Origin: an uncultured delta proteobacterium
GTDB taxonomy: Bacteria > Myxococcota_A > Polyangia > Polyangiales > Houyiibacteriaceae
Direction: 5' to 3'
DNA length: 64,000 bases
Assembly (NCBI GenBank): GCA_963699755.1
Contig: CAVOVB010000001.1
Location: forward strand, 1,280,001-1,344,000
Shown here: piece by piece, positions 1 to 9,267 of the stretch
Position numbering within the stretch: position 1 is the stretch's first letter
How the letters are laid out: each line of letters starts with the position of its first letter
Translations under genes and position numbers: made by a program
The notes under the pieces: generated by a model
Told to the model about the DNA's origin: nothing
Database searches by the model: none
Seen by the model: only the letters and a program-made list of their open reading frames with translations

Positions 1-1
1 G

Positions 2-163
2 CAACTGGTCGTCACCGGTGACGTGCCGAGACTGCTCTCGCACGGTGACAGCTCACCCCTGCGCTTCGGTCTCCAGCCCGAAATTTCGCTCTCCGAAGAC
101 GGTCAAGAGCTCCTCGACACGTTCGTCGTCGTCCACGAGGCCTGCTGGGACGCAGCCGACTAG
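2..163 (+). CDS. 3' end of a hypothetical protein (partial, runs off window start)
   Basis: Open frame QLVVTGDVPRLLSHG...VVVHEACWDAAD ending TAG at 161-163, sharing a CTAG with the stop of the convergent sulfotransferase; not in ORF track. Confidence 0.55.
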   Translation, partial: QLVVTGDVPRLLSHGDSSPLRFGLQPEISLSEDGQELLDTFVVVHEACWDAAD

Positions 164-1476
164 CCGAGCAGCTCGAAGCGATCGCAATAGCCCGCGAAAC
201 GTTCGTGGATTGCATCGGTGTCGAGGCCGAAGCCCTCGCTGCTATGAACGTGTCGCGGGCTCGGCTTCGCGCGCTTTGCCCGCATGTACTCGTGCATCGC
301 GATCCTCGCCTCCTCTGTAAGCTCCATCCCGAGTGCCTGATACGCCTTCGCGATCGTCCCCACCGGGTCCCGACTCAGATCCGGCGATCGGACGTGTGCG
401 ACGCGTCCGGCGGGAAGGCGGTCTAGCGTGCGAACCGCAGGCTCGAGCAATCGAGTCATGTAGCTCTCCGAGAGCTCGGCGCCGATCGCCCTGGCGTCGA
501 CATCAGTGCTGAAGACCGAACGCGCGTAGGCGTGAAGACTACAAATCGAGCTCAGCGTCTCGGCCGGATCCCGGTGCATGAACACGAACTTCGCGCCCGG
601 AAACACCTCGAGGATCTCCTTCACGAAAAAGGTGTGCGTAGGATCCTTGAGGACGAACCTCTTTCCATAGGGCCGATGGTGCTGCACCAGCTGGAGCTGG
701 CGGCGGTGCTGGCGGTACGCGATGCGGGCATCCTGCACGAGGAGCCAATCCAGGTAGCCGGCCACCCTGTACTGCACGTTGAATTGTGGCGTCCGAAAGA
801 CGTTGGTGAACATGCCGCGGCACTCGTCGGTTTGCTCCGCATCCATCGGATGAATCGCTTTGATGCTTGGCGAGAGGATGTCGGCGAGCATGAGCGTTCT
901 AGCGAGCTTTCGCTGTCGCGGCTCCGGTCCTTCCGGCGTATAGACAGGATCGAAGCTCTCCCAGTGAGGCAGGGTTCGGTTGTCGGGGTCTTCGCCGAGC
1001 AAGCGATGCAGAACGGTCGTCCCGCTCCGGAAGAGACCCAAGACGAAGACAGGGCTTGGGAGCGAGGTCTCCTCGATTGCGGGAGTGTCACGAAGCGCCT
1101 GCTCGACCCGCAAGTGCGTGCCAGCCATGCGCGTGCAGTCGATCCACGCCGCAATCTTCCCGATGAAGTTGAGCGCCGCGTCCTGATTGAGCGATTCCGT
1201 CAGAGCGACTAGCGCTGATTGTGCCTCCGCACTTGGATCGCCGGCATCAGGGTTCAAGCGCTGCGCGCGCTCCCAGTAGAGGTCCGCCGAAGGCCGGCCC
1301 AGGGGCTCAAATGAACCGCCCATCGCGTTGATCGCGCGCACCCACCATGGATGCGAATCGCGCGCATGAGTGAACTGAGGAACCCGTACCTCCGGGCGCC
1401 GTCGCAGTCGAATTGCGGACGGAAGCTCGAGGTCGATCGCAACAGGTGGCGGCGGATAGGTAGACTGTCGGCCCAT
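160..1476 (-). CDS. Sulfotransferase family protein (Sulfotransfer_3-like)
   Basis: PAPS-binding loop VFVLGLFRSGTTVLH, VLKDPTH and FVFMHRDP motifs; ATG at 1476 chosen. Confidence 0.85.
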   Translation of the reverse strand: MGRQSTYPPPPVAIDLELPSAIRLRRRPEVRVPQFTHARDSHPWWVRAINAMGGSFEPLGRPSADLYWERAQRLNPDAGDPSAEAQSALVALTESLNQDAALNFIGKIAAWIDCTRMAGTHLRVEQALRDTPAIEETSLPSPVFVLGLFRSGTTVLHRLLGEDPDNRTLPHWESFDPVYTPEGPEPRQRKLARTLMLADILSPSIKAIHPMDAEQTDECRGMFTNVFRTPQFNVQYRVAGYLDWLLVQDARIAYRQHRRQLQLVQHHRPYGKRFVLKDPTHTFFVKEILEVFPGAKFVFMHRDPAETLSSICSLHAYARSVFSTDVDARAIGAELSESYMTRLLEPAVRTLDRLPAGRVAHVRSPDLSRDPVGTIAKAYQALGMELTEEARIAMHEYMRAKRAKPSPRHVHSSEGFGLDTDAIHERFAGYCDRFELLG

Positions 1477-1591
1477 GGACAACTGGCGGTACCAAACCAC
1501 GATCGACGATCTGCGGGTAGTTTTCGACGTTTTCTGGCTTTGAGGGGGTGACCCCGGGCCCAAAGAGGCCTAAAGTCGCCGTACTGAGCCG

Positions 1592-2203
1592 ATGAGAAGT
1601 CTCGCACCAGTCCTAGCCGCGAGTCTGCTGTGCCTGATGGGCGCTGCGCCAGCATCGGCCGAAAACCCGGGGCAGGAGGGTGCGGTCGTGACGGTCGACA
1701 CCCTCGGCGCGGCAGCCGACTACCCGGTGCTCACCCGCGGCCAGGTGATGCTCATCAACGCGCAGCGCCTCATCGTCACCGAGGAGCCGCTCCCGCTTGC
1801 CAAGGTCGCCGAAGCGCCGCCCGCGCCAGAAGCGATCGAGGCCGACAGACCCAGCGCGCCCTATGCCGGCGCGATTTGGGTCGCACCGCACTGGATCTAC
1901 GGTCCAACGGGCTTCTCCTGGGTCGCCGGCCGCTACGTCGCGCCGCGGGCAGGTCACGTCTTCGTCCCGCCGCGCTGGGCCTCTTTCGAGGAGCAGTACT
2001 TCTACTTCTCGGGCTTCTACGTTCCGTACGGTGTCTATGTGCGCAGCTACTTCAACCGCTACTACTACAGCGGGGTGCCCAACCGGCAGTCACGGCCCGA
2101 CCACGGTCCGTACTGGCCTATCGGCGCACCGACCCGGGCGAACAGCGCGCTGAGCAGCGCCAGCGCGCGTGACCCGTACTGGCCGATCGGCGCTCGCCGC
2201 TAG
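1592..2203 (+). CDS. Secreted YXWGXW (WXXGXW) repeat-containing protein
   Basis: Signal peptide; repeats IWVAPHW, SWVAGRY, VFVPPRW, FYFSGFY. Confidence 0.7.
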   Translation: MRSLAPVLAASLLCLMGAAPASAENPGQEGAVVTVDTLGAAADYPVLTRGQVMLINAQRLIVTEEPLPLAKVAEAPPAPEAIEADRPSAPYAGAIWVAPHWIYGPTGFSWVAGRYVAPRAGHVFVPPRWASFEEQYFYFSGFYVPYGVYVRSYFNRYYYSGVPNRQSRPDHGPYWPIGAPTRANSALSSASARDPYWPIGARR

Positions 2204-3573
2204 AGCGCCAAGCCGCTCAAGGGGCCCTGGCTGTACTGCGGCACACCGAAGGTGCTGGCGGGTTTGTCCATCGCGTGCGTCAGCGAGACCAGAAGCTTGC
2301 CGTGGGGCTCACCTCCGAAGTCGATGTGCTGCCCGGTCCTGAAATAGCCCTGACAGCCTCCCGCCAAGATGATCGGAATGTCGCGGCGCGTGTGCGAGTT
2401 CCCTTTGCCGAGCTCGTTGACCCAAACGACCACGGTGTTGTCCAGCAAGCTGTTGTCGCCCTCCTGAATGCCATCCATCAGGCCGAGCAAGTAGGCGAAC
2501 TGCTCCGAATACCACTTGTTGATCTCGAGAAGGTCCGCTTTCGCGCTGCCATCGCTGTCGTCGTAGTGCGAAAGGCCATGGTGCCCTTCACCGAGGAGCT
2601 GCGGGACCCAGTTGAAGCGGACGCCACTCACCGAGCGTGACCATTGGAGCGAGGCGACCCGCGTGAGGTCGCAGGCGAGCGCCATCACGAGCATGTCCAT
2701 TTGGGCCTTGCCGGTGAGCGGATACATGTCGTTCTGCTCAAAGGCGCTCCCAGGCAGATTCAGCGCGGGAGAGACGCAGGCCTCACCAAAGCTCGTCGTG
2801 ATTTCGAGCCTTTGCTCGAGGTCTCGAATCGACTGCAGGTGCTTGTCGAGCTTCTGCTTGTCCTCGTAGCCGAGCCGGCTCTGGAACGCCGCGTGGTCCT
2901 CCATGACCGCGTCGAGCACGCTCTTTCGCCGTTTCTGGATGAGCCTCAGCGCGAACGGATCGGAGTCGATGTCACTGAAGAAGTCGGTGAAGTTCTGGTT
3001 CGGGTCTTCGCGCGGAGGTACGGGCTGATCGGGAGCCGAGTACGACATCCGGGACCAGACCGACGAGCTCTTCACCTGTACGCCGAGCTCGAGCGACTTG
3101 AACTTGGTGACGACGTCCTTGGCGACTTCGTCCGCAATGTACTGATCGACCGACTGGCCGCCGCCCCAGCCGACGTATTGCTCGTTGCCCGCGTCGCAGT
3201 TCCCCTCGCAGAACAAGCTGCCGGGAAGGATCTCGGCGTTGGTCAGCAGGCAGGCCATACCGGTCTGATGGCCGTCGCCGATCGAGTCGTAGGCCACGTC
3301 TTGGTCGACGCCGTCGAGGAAGATCAGCTTGTTCGAGAAGGGCGCCATCGCTGCGTGAAGAGGGTGCCCGCTCAAGTCCATGTTCCCGGGTGGGCTCCAG
3401 ATGTCTTGTCTCGTGCCGTTCGCCGTGAACCAGAAGACGATGCGCTTGGGCCCCGCCCCGGCTTGAGCGAAGCCCTTACGCGGCAGCATCGCATCGAGCA
3501 TCGGCAAGCCGATGGCCACCGTGCCGCCAAAGAGCGTGCCCTTGAGCATGGCGCGACGTTTGATCCGCTTCAC
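2200..3573 (-). CDS. DUF1552 domain-containing protein, twin-arginine-like N-terminus
   Basis: KRRAMLKG...IGLPMLDAM N-terminus, SVDQ, ALACDLTRVASL, HHGLSH, LLDNT motifs; GTGA overlap with upstream DUF1592 gene. Confidence 0.85.
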   Translation of the reverse strand: MKRIKRRAMLKGTLFGGTVAIGLPMLDAMLPRKGFAQAGAGPKRIVFWFTANGTRQDIWSPPGNMDLSGHPLHAAMAPFSNKLIFLDGVDQDVAYDSIGDGHQTGMACLLTNAEILPGSLFCEGNCDAGNEQYVGWGGGQSVDQYIADEVAKDVVTKFKSLELGVQVKSSSVWSRMSYSAPDQPVPPREDPNQNFTDFFSDIDSDPFALRLIQKRRKSVLDAVMEDHAAFQSRLGYEDKQKLDKHLQSIRDLEQRLEITTSFGEACVSPALNLPGSAFEQNDMYPLTGKAQMDMLVMALACDLTRVASLQWSRSVSGVRFNWVPQLLGEGHHGLSHYDDSDGSAKADLLEINKWYSEQFAYLLGLMDGIQEGDNSLLDNTVVVWVNELGKGNSHTRRDIPIILAGGCQGYFRTGQHIDFGGEPHGKLLVSLTHAMDKPASTFGVPQYSQGPLSGLAL

Positions 3574-5252
3574 AGCACACCTCCATTGGCGTCGGGTTCG
3601 AGCCCGACCGCGCGGCGGTAGAGGAAGGCATTGGTCTGCGTCAGGGCGACCAGGAGCGCCTTGATGTTGAAGCCCGAGGCACGAAACACATCATTGAGCT
3701 GCTCGACGCTGCAGCTGTCTTCGGCCGTGACGGTTCGGTTGTATGCGAAACGGAACCACTGGGACGAGACGCACTCTCGTACTTGCGTACTCCCGGCGAG
3801 AGCGCTCGCGAGCTCGATCGCGCCGTCGTAGTCGCCATCGATGTCATCGGTCTGCACGACCTCCCCGGTCGCATCGATGTTCTTGCCGTTCTGCTGGTCA
3901 CGCCACTGCCCAATGGCGTCGTAGTGCTCGAAGATGAAGCCGATCGGGTTCATCAGGGTATGGCAGCCGGCGCAGGCTGGATTAGCGCCGATCTCCTCGA
4001 ACTGCTCCTTGGTGGTTTTGGTCGGGTCGAGCTCTGGCGGCACGATGACCAAATCGTTGGGCGGAGGCGGCAGCGTGTTGCACATCAGCTGCTCGCGCAC
4101 GAACTTTCCGCGAAAGACCGGCGAGCTCTGGTTGACGTTCGCATGCGTCGCCATGAGGCCTGCGCTCGTGAGGAAGCCCGCCCTGCGTTCCGGATCGACC
4201 TGCACCTGCCGAAACTCCGGTCCCGAGACCGATTCGAGCACGTCACCACCGTAAAAGCTCGCGAGCTCTTCGTTCATGAAGCTGTAGTCGGCGGTCAGGA
4301 GGGTTTCGAGCGAGCCGTCACCTTCGAGAATCACCTGCTCGACGAAGGTTTGAATCTCTTCCTTCCACAGCCCGCGGAGGGAGCTCTGGTAGGCGGGGTA
4401 GACCGCCGTGTCTTTGGTCACGCTGTCGAGATGGGTCAGCTGGAGCCACTGCGTGTGGAAGTTTCGGATGAGGTCGCGCGCCTTCTCGTCCTCGAGCATG
4501 CGCGTGGCCTGGGCCGCGATTTGCTCTTTCGTTCGCAGCTCGTCGGCCTCAGCCGCAGCGAAGAGCGCGTCGTCGGGCATCGTGTTCCAGAGCATGTAGG
4601 AGAGCTTGGTGGCCATCTCCCAGCTAGTAAACGGCACCACATCGCCTTCGATGGGAGTCTCCGCGCCAAGCTCGGGACGATAAAGGAAGGAAGGAGATTG
4701 CAGCATCACTTGAAGAACGACTTCGATGCCGTCTTCGAATCGCCCGAGGTCGGCGTCGGCGATCGCCCAGTCGAATACGCTCTGGAAGCGTTCGATTTCA
4801 GGCTCAGACAACGGTCGCCTGAACGCGCGCTTTCCAAAGTCCTCGATGAAGGACGAGGCGCAGGCGTCGTGGCCGTCGAGCTCCGGGTCGCAGCCGGGGA
4901 TGAGTGCGCTCATGTTGCCGACGGCCCGCGCGCTGATGTCCTCGGCGACCTTCATGTACTGCTCGATCAGCAGGTCACTGCTCGTGAGCGCGGCGGCCTG
5001 GTTGTTGAAGCCCGCGACTTCTTCTTCGGGCGGAAGCGCATCGGCCGGACTGCTGGTATCGCCGAGCAGGTCGCGGACGGTGCGGTTGTACTCGAACCGC
5101 GTTAGGCGCCGGATCGGCGTGTCGACGACGCAGAGGCTCTTGGCAACGGTATCGTTGATGGCGCGTTCGCCTTCGCCACCGATTGCACCGTTGCAGCCCG
5201 CGAGGAAAACGGCGGCGAGCATTGGATAGAATTTACTCCCTTGGGGCGGCAA
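3570..5252 (-). CDS. DUF1592-family lipoprotein (DUF1587/1595/1592/1588/1585) with c-type heme motif
   Basis: Lipobox FLAGC, RRLTRFEYNRTVRDLL, RAFRRPL, LQSPSFLYR, LSYMLWNTMPD, SPVFRGKFV, CAGCH; AAGGAG RBS before TTG. Confidence 0.85.
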   Translation of the reverse strand: MPPQGSKFYPMLAAVFLAGCNGAIGGEGERAINDTVAKSLCVVDTPIRRLTRFEYNRTVRDLLGDTSSPADALPPEEEVAGFNNQAAALTSSDLLIEQYMKVAEDISARAVGNMSALIPGCDPELDGHDACASSFIEDFGKRAFRRPLSEPEIERFQSVFDWAIADADLGRFEDGIEVVLQVMLQSPSFLYRPELGAETPIEGDVVPFTSWEMATKLSYMLWNTMPDDALFAAAEADELRTKEQIAAQATRMLEDEKARDLIRNFHTQWLQLTHLDSVTKDTAVYPAYQSSLRGLWKEEIQTFVEQVILEGDGSLETLLTADYSFMNEELASFYGGDVLESVSGPEFRQVQVDPERRAGFLTSAGLMATHANVNQSSPVFRGKFVREQLMCNTLPPPPNDLVIVPPELDPTKTTKEQFEEIGANPACAGCHTLMNPIGFIFEHYDAIGQWRDQQNGKNIDATGEVVQTDDIDGDYDGAIELASALAGSTQVRECVSSQWFRFAYNRTVTAEDSCSVEQLNDVFRASGFNIKALLVALTQTNAFLYRRAVGLEPDANGGVL

Positions 5253-5347
5253 TCTGGATGCTCCTTTAGCTGGAGCCTTCCAGGATACATCCTAAAGGGT
5301 CGTGACGCACATTCAGTGTTCAGTTGAAATCGTATGCCGTCTCACCG

Positions 5348-5385
5348 AAAAAGGGGACAGTCTCCTTTTCTGGAACTGTCCCCTT
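5348..5385 (-). terminator. Rho-independent terminator after the acs-actP-porin operon
   Basis: Perfect 11-bp inverted repeat AAGGGGACAGT (5351-5361) / ACTGTCCCCTT (5375-5385) running into a T-tract on the minus strand, 50 bp past the porin stop. Confidence 0.65.
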
Positions 5386-5435
5386 CGTTGGTTTGTGCGC
5401 TATCCCACGGACAGCCCACGGCCGCTGCCGCCTGC

Positions 5436-7046
5436 CTAGATGAACAGGTGCATTTGAAGGATGAACGAGTTGCCTTTTCGGCTTTCCACCGTCCCGTCCG
5501 GGTTGAAGATCGGGCGATTCCGGTATTCGAGGGTCACCTTGGCGTTGTGCTTCTCGATGAACATGTTCACGCCGAGACCGAAGTGAGCCATGATGTCGCT
5601 GTAGGCCTCCCACTTCGAGATCTGCGTGTTGACGTACGGCTGGAACTGGATCGACTGGCCCACCGTCCCCGGCAGCAGGAACCCGAGCTCGCTGTACGCC
5701 GTGTGGCCAGTTCCGAGAAGGGTGTACGCGTTTCCTCCTCCGTTCAAACCCGTGCCCGGGTCCGCGGGATTCATGATGCCGATGGGGCGGATGTGGTTCG
5801 GCCCGTAGTCGTTGTAGTAGTAGACGCCGTACCAGGTCGCCGCTCCTCCGTGTTCGGTCTTGAACGGCATGTCGAGGAACAAGTCCGCCCCAATGTTCAA
5901 CAAAGTCCGCTCTCGGATCGATGCCGGGTCGGCCGCATCCGCTAGGTACACGATACCCTTGGGTTGTGCGTGGAATCCAAACCCGAAGTTGAAGACCTTC
6001 TTCGATCCGATATAGGTCCCCACCGTGTACGGAAGCACGTTCGATTCGATGTCGAGAAACTGGAACTGGAAGTATCCCTGGTAGGCCCAGTTGTTCGCGG
6101 TGGCGTTGTAGTTCCCAACCGCGCCGACCTCGGGCACCGTCCCGGCGACCAACGAGACTTCGTAGGGAGTAAACGGCCTGGTGAACGCGAAACGGTAGTC
6201 GAACAGCCCGAGCTTGCCTTTGGCGTAGATCCCCAATTGGCGCGCGAACTGGTCGGTGCGCTCGATGGTGGTCCAGTTCACGATCGGTGCATCCAGGCTC
6301 ATCAAGGTGATCGTACTCGCGTTGGTCATACGTGAGACGCCGTTCCAGTACAGAAGCCCGGCGCCGACGTAGAGCTTGTTGTTCCTCGATAGCTGGAACT
6401 CGGCCCAGGCGTCGTGAAAGAAGAGCTGGGGCTTCCGAGCGTTTCGGAAGGTCTGGTTGTTGATGCCGATGTGCATCAGGAGAAACACGCGCGGGAAGAT
6501 CTGACCAAACGCCAGAAAGCGTGCGCGCCGGAGGCCGACGTCCGCATACCAGGGGTCCGCGTTCCCAAGCACCTCGGTGCCGGGGTTGAGCTGCATCGCC
6601 CGCGTCCAGACCTGCAGCCACATGGCGAGCCGGAAATACAGGGTTCCGTCGTCGTTCAAGCTCCATTGAAGCTTCTTGGCGCGGCCATCCGCCGAGACCA
6701 GGCCCACTCCAGTGCCCGGCGCTGATGTGGGCTCGGGGGCCAGCTTGCGGCCCATCAGCTGCATCTGGCGTTTGGCGTCCGCTAGCCGCTTTTCCATTTC
6801 CGCGATGGCCGCCTCGGCCTCGTCGAGCTCTTGCTCGAGGTCCTGCTCTGTCGGCTCGGCCGCTGGCTGGAACGCCTCCGCTTCCGCTGCGTCGTCCGCG
6901 TCGTCGATGGCTGTCTCCCCAGGAGCCGGTTGGGCCAAGGTTGAGGTGGGGACGAATCCCGCTAGCGCAACCCAGGCGATCGCTGTGAACCAGGCGCTCC
7001 ATGCTCGTTGCGGCCGAGGGCCGTCTCTACGTTCTTGCCTCATCAC
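5436..7046 (-). CDS. Putative outer-membrane beta-barrel porin with acidic/coiled-coil N-terminal extension
   Basis: Signal-like N-terminus, acidic coiled stretch, alternating aromatic beta-strands, LRRAR porin-like motif, C-terminus ILQMHLFI; last gene of acetate operon. Confidence 0.65.
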   Translation of the reverse strand: MMRQERRDGPRPQRAWSAWFTAIAWVALAGFVPTSTLAQPAPGETAIDDADDAAEAEAFQPAAEPTEQDLEQELDEAEAAIAEMEKRLADAKRQMQLMGRKLAPEPTSAPGTGVGLVSADGRAKKLQWSLNDDGTLYFRLAMWLQVWTRAMQLNPGTEVLGNADPWYADVGLRRARFLAFGQIFPRVFLLMHIGINNQTFRNARKPQLFFHDAWAEFQLSRNNKLYVGAGLLYWNGVSRMTNASTITLMSLDAPIVNWTTIERTDQFARQLGIYAKGKLGLFDYRFAFTRPFTPYEVSLVAGTVPEVGAVGNYNATANNWAYQGYFQFQFLDIESNVLPYTVGTYIGSKKVFNFGFGFHAQPKGIVYLADAADPASIRERTLLNIGADLFLDMPFKTEHGGAATWYGVYYYNDYGPNHIRPIGIMNPADPGTGLNGGGNAYTLLGTGHTAYSELGFLLPGTVGQSIQFQPYVNTQISKWEAYSDIMAHFGLGVNMFIEKHNAKVTLEYRNRPIFNPDGTVESRKGNSFILQMHLFI

Positions 7047-7074
7047 AACCTACCTCTCTGCTTCGAGTAAATCG

Positions 7075-8901
7075 CTAGTGCATAGCCGTTGGTGCCGACG
7101 AGCCCGCGGGGATGCGGATGTGCTCGACCATCTCCTGTACGTCCTGGGGTGGCGGCGGGGTGAAGCGGCCAACCACGAATGCCACCACGAAGTTGAGCAG
7201 CATGCCGAGCGCGCCGATCCCCTCCGGTGAGATCCCGAACCAGTATTGGTCGGGGGTGCCGCCCATGAACTTGAAGTAGATGATGTACGCTGCGGTGAAG
7301 GTGATTCCCACCAGCATGCCGCTGACCACGCCTTCTCGGTTGGCCTTCTTGGCAAAGACGCCGAGGATGATCGCCGGGAAGAACGACGAGCATGCGAGAC
7401 CGAAGGCAAAGGCGACGACTTGCGCGACGAACCCCGGTGGGTTGATGCCAAAGTAGCCGGCGATCAAGACCGCGACGCCGGCCGCGACACGCGCGGCAAG
7501 CAGCTCCTGTTTCTCCGTGATCGACGGGACAAACACGCGCTTGAGCAGGTCGTGGCTGATCGACGTGCTCACGACGAGCAACAAGCCAGCCGCCGTTGAA
7601 AGCGCAGCAGCCAAGCCGCCCGCAGCGACCAGCGCGATGACCCAGGCCGGCAGGTTTGCGATCTCCGGGTTGGCGAGGACGATGATGTCGCGGTCGACGT
7701 AGAGCTCGTTCTTGGTGTTCGGGTCAGCGTTGCTAACGACGCGTTGGCCGTGATCGCCGCGTGCCGGGCTGCCATCGGCGGCCTTGGCGAACTCGGGCTT
7801 ACCGGCGAGCGCAGCCCCTGCGACGTATTGGACCTTGCCATCGCCGTTCTTGTCTGCCCACGCGAGTAGGCCGGTGTCCTCCCAGGTCTTGAACCACTGG
7901 GGAATCGACTTCTCTCCCTCGACCTGCGCGTAGTTGGCTTCGCTGACCGTCTCAATCAGATTCGTACGTGCGAAGGCAGCGACTGCGGGAGCCGTGGTGT
8001 AGAGAAGCGCGATGAAGAAGAGTGCCCAGCCGGCGCTGAGGCGGGCATCACGAACTCTCGGCACCGTGTAGAAACGAACGATGACGTGGGGTAGGCCAGC
8101 GGTACCCGCCATGAGCGCGCCGGTGATGCACAGGACGTCCAATGTCGATTTGCTGCCCGACGTGTACTCGGCAAAACCGAGCTCCGTATTCAACTGATTG
8201 AGCTTGTCCAGTAGCTTGATCGTTTCTCCCCCTGCGACTTTCGAACCGACCGCACCGCCGAGCGACGCGCCGAAGCCAATCTGGGGAATCAGGTGATCGG
8301 TGAGCAGAATGCTGATGAAGATGGCCGGAACCAGATAGGCGAAGATCAAGACACAGTACTGGGCGGCCTGCGTGTACGTGATGCCTTTCATGCCGCCGAG
8401 AACGGCATAGAAGAAGACGATCGCCATGCCGATAGCGACGCCGACGTTGATCTCGACCTCGAGGAAGCGGCTGAAGACGACGCCCACGCCGCGCATCTGC
8501 CCGGCGACGTAAGTAAACGAAACGAACACGGCGCAGACGACCGCGACGATACGGGCACCAGTCGAGTAGTACCTGTCTCCGACGAAGTCAGGGACTGTGA
8601 ACTTGCCGAACTTGCGCAGATACGGTGCCAATAAGAGCGCGAGTAAGACATAGCCACCGGTCCAGCCCATCAGGTAGACGGCTCCGTCGTAGCCCATGAA
8701 CGAGATCAGGCCCGCCATGCTGATGAACGAGGCTGCGCTCATCCAGTCAGCGCCGGTCGCCATGCCGTTGACCACTGGGTGGATCCCTCGGCCGGCGATG
8801 TAGAAGTCACCGGTCGTGCTGGCACGCGACCAGATCGCGATGCCGATATAGAGCGCGAAGGTCCCGCCCACGATGATGAATGTCCAAGTCTGTACGTCCA
8901 T
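7075..8901 (-). CDS. actP: Cation:acetate symporter, sodium:solute symporter family (ActP-like)
   Basis: GMATGADWMSAASF, APYLRKFGKFTVPDF, GTAGLPHVIVRFYT, AAALSTAAGLLL motifs; between DUF4212 and porin. Confidence 0.88.
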   Translation of the reverse strand: MDVQTWTFIIVGGTFALYIGIAIWSRASTTGDFYIAGRGIHPVVNGMATGADWMSAASFISMAGLISFMGYDGAVYLMGWTGGYVLLALLLAPYLRKFGKFTVPDFVGDRYYSTGARIVAVVCAVFVSFTYVAGQMRGVGVVFSRFLEVEINVGVAIGMAIVFFYAVLGGMKGITYTQAAQYCVLIFAYLVPAIFISILLTDHLIPQIGFGASLGGAVGSKVAGGETIKLLDKLNQLNTELGFAEYTSGSKSTLDVLCITGALMAGTAGLPHVIVRFYTVPRVRDARLSAGWALFFIALLYTTAPAVAAFARTNLIETVSEANYAQVEGEKSIPQWFKTWEDTGLLAWADKNGDGKVQYVAGAALAGKPEFAKAADGSPARGDHGQRVVSNADPNTKNELYVDRDIIVLANPEIANLPAWVIALVAAGGLAAALSTAAGLLLVVSTSISHDLLKRVFVPSITEKQELLAARVAAGVAVLIAGYFGINPPGFVAQVVAFAFGLACSSFFPAIILGVFAKKANREGVVSGMLVGITFTAAYIIYFKFMGGTPDQYWFGISPEGIGALGMLLNFVVAFVVGRFTPPPPQDVQEMVEHIRIPAGSSAPTAMH

Positions 8902-8928
8902 GGTTCTCTCCTTTTGTGACTCGAACGA

Positions 8929-9267
8929 TCAGTCCTCGTGAACGTCAAACTCTTTGTCGAGCTTGTTCATCAACCAGGAGTAGATGAAGATCAGGGCTAC
9001 GAACACGTAGATCGAACCCTGCTGCGCAAACCAGAAACCAACCTTGAAGCCGGTGCCCGGGATGGTGAAATTGTCGAGCGCGCCCACCCAGAGAATCCCG
9101 GCGCCGTACGAGACGAGCCACCAGATAGCGAGAAATGCGAACAAGAGTCGAAGATTCCTTTTCCAGTAGCGCGTCGCGTGCTCCGCGCTGTGTGGCGCGC
9201 GGTCGTCCCTTCGTTTCGATTCGGTCGTCATCGTGTGTTCCGTTTCTCCGCCGTCGGCGGTAGTCAC
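8929..9267 (-). CDS. DUF4212 small membrane subunit of solute:sodium symporter
   Basis: YWKRNLRL...GFWFAQQGSIYVF...MNKLDKEFDVHE; directly upstream of symporter; alternative ATG at 9231. Confidence 0.88.
   Translation of the reverse strand: MTTADGGETEHTMTTESKRRDDRAPHSAEHATRYWKRNLRLLFAFLAIWWLVSYGAGILWVGALDNFTIPGTGFKVGFWFAQQGSIYVFVALIFIYSWLMNKLDKEFDVHED

Noticed and set aside
5324..5339. Sigma-54-like CGGCATACGATTTCAA upstream of the DUF1592 gene
   Set aside because: The -12 element reads CA rather than GC
2644..7002. Long alternative-frame ORFs (2644..3621, 3783..5105, 5320..7002; likewise 11382..12680, 38206..39570, 44759..46486, 54282..55925)
   Set aside because: Antisense or shadow frames of well-supported genes, expected in high-GC DNA; no recognisable motifs
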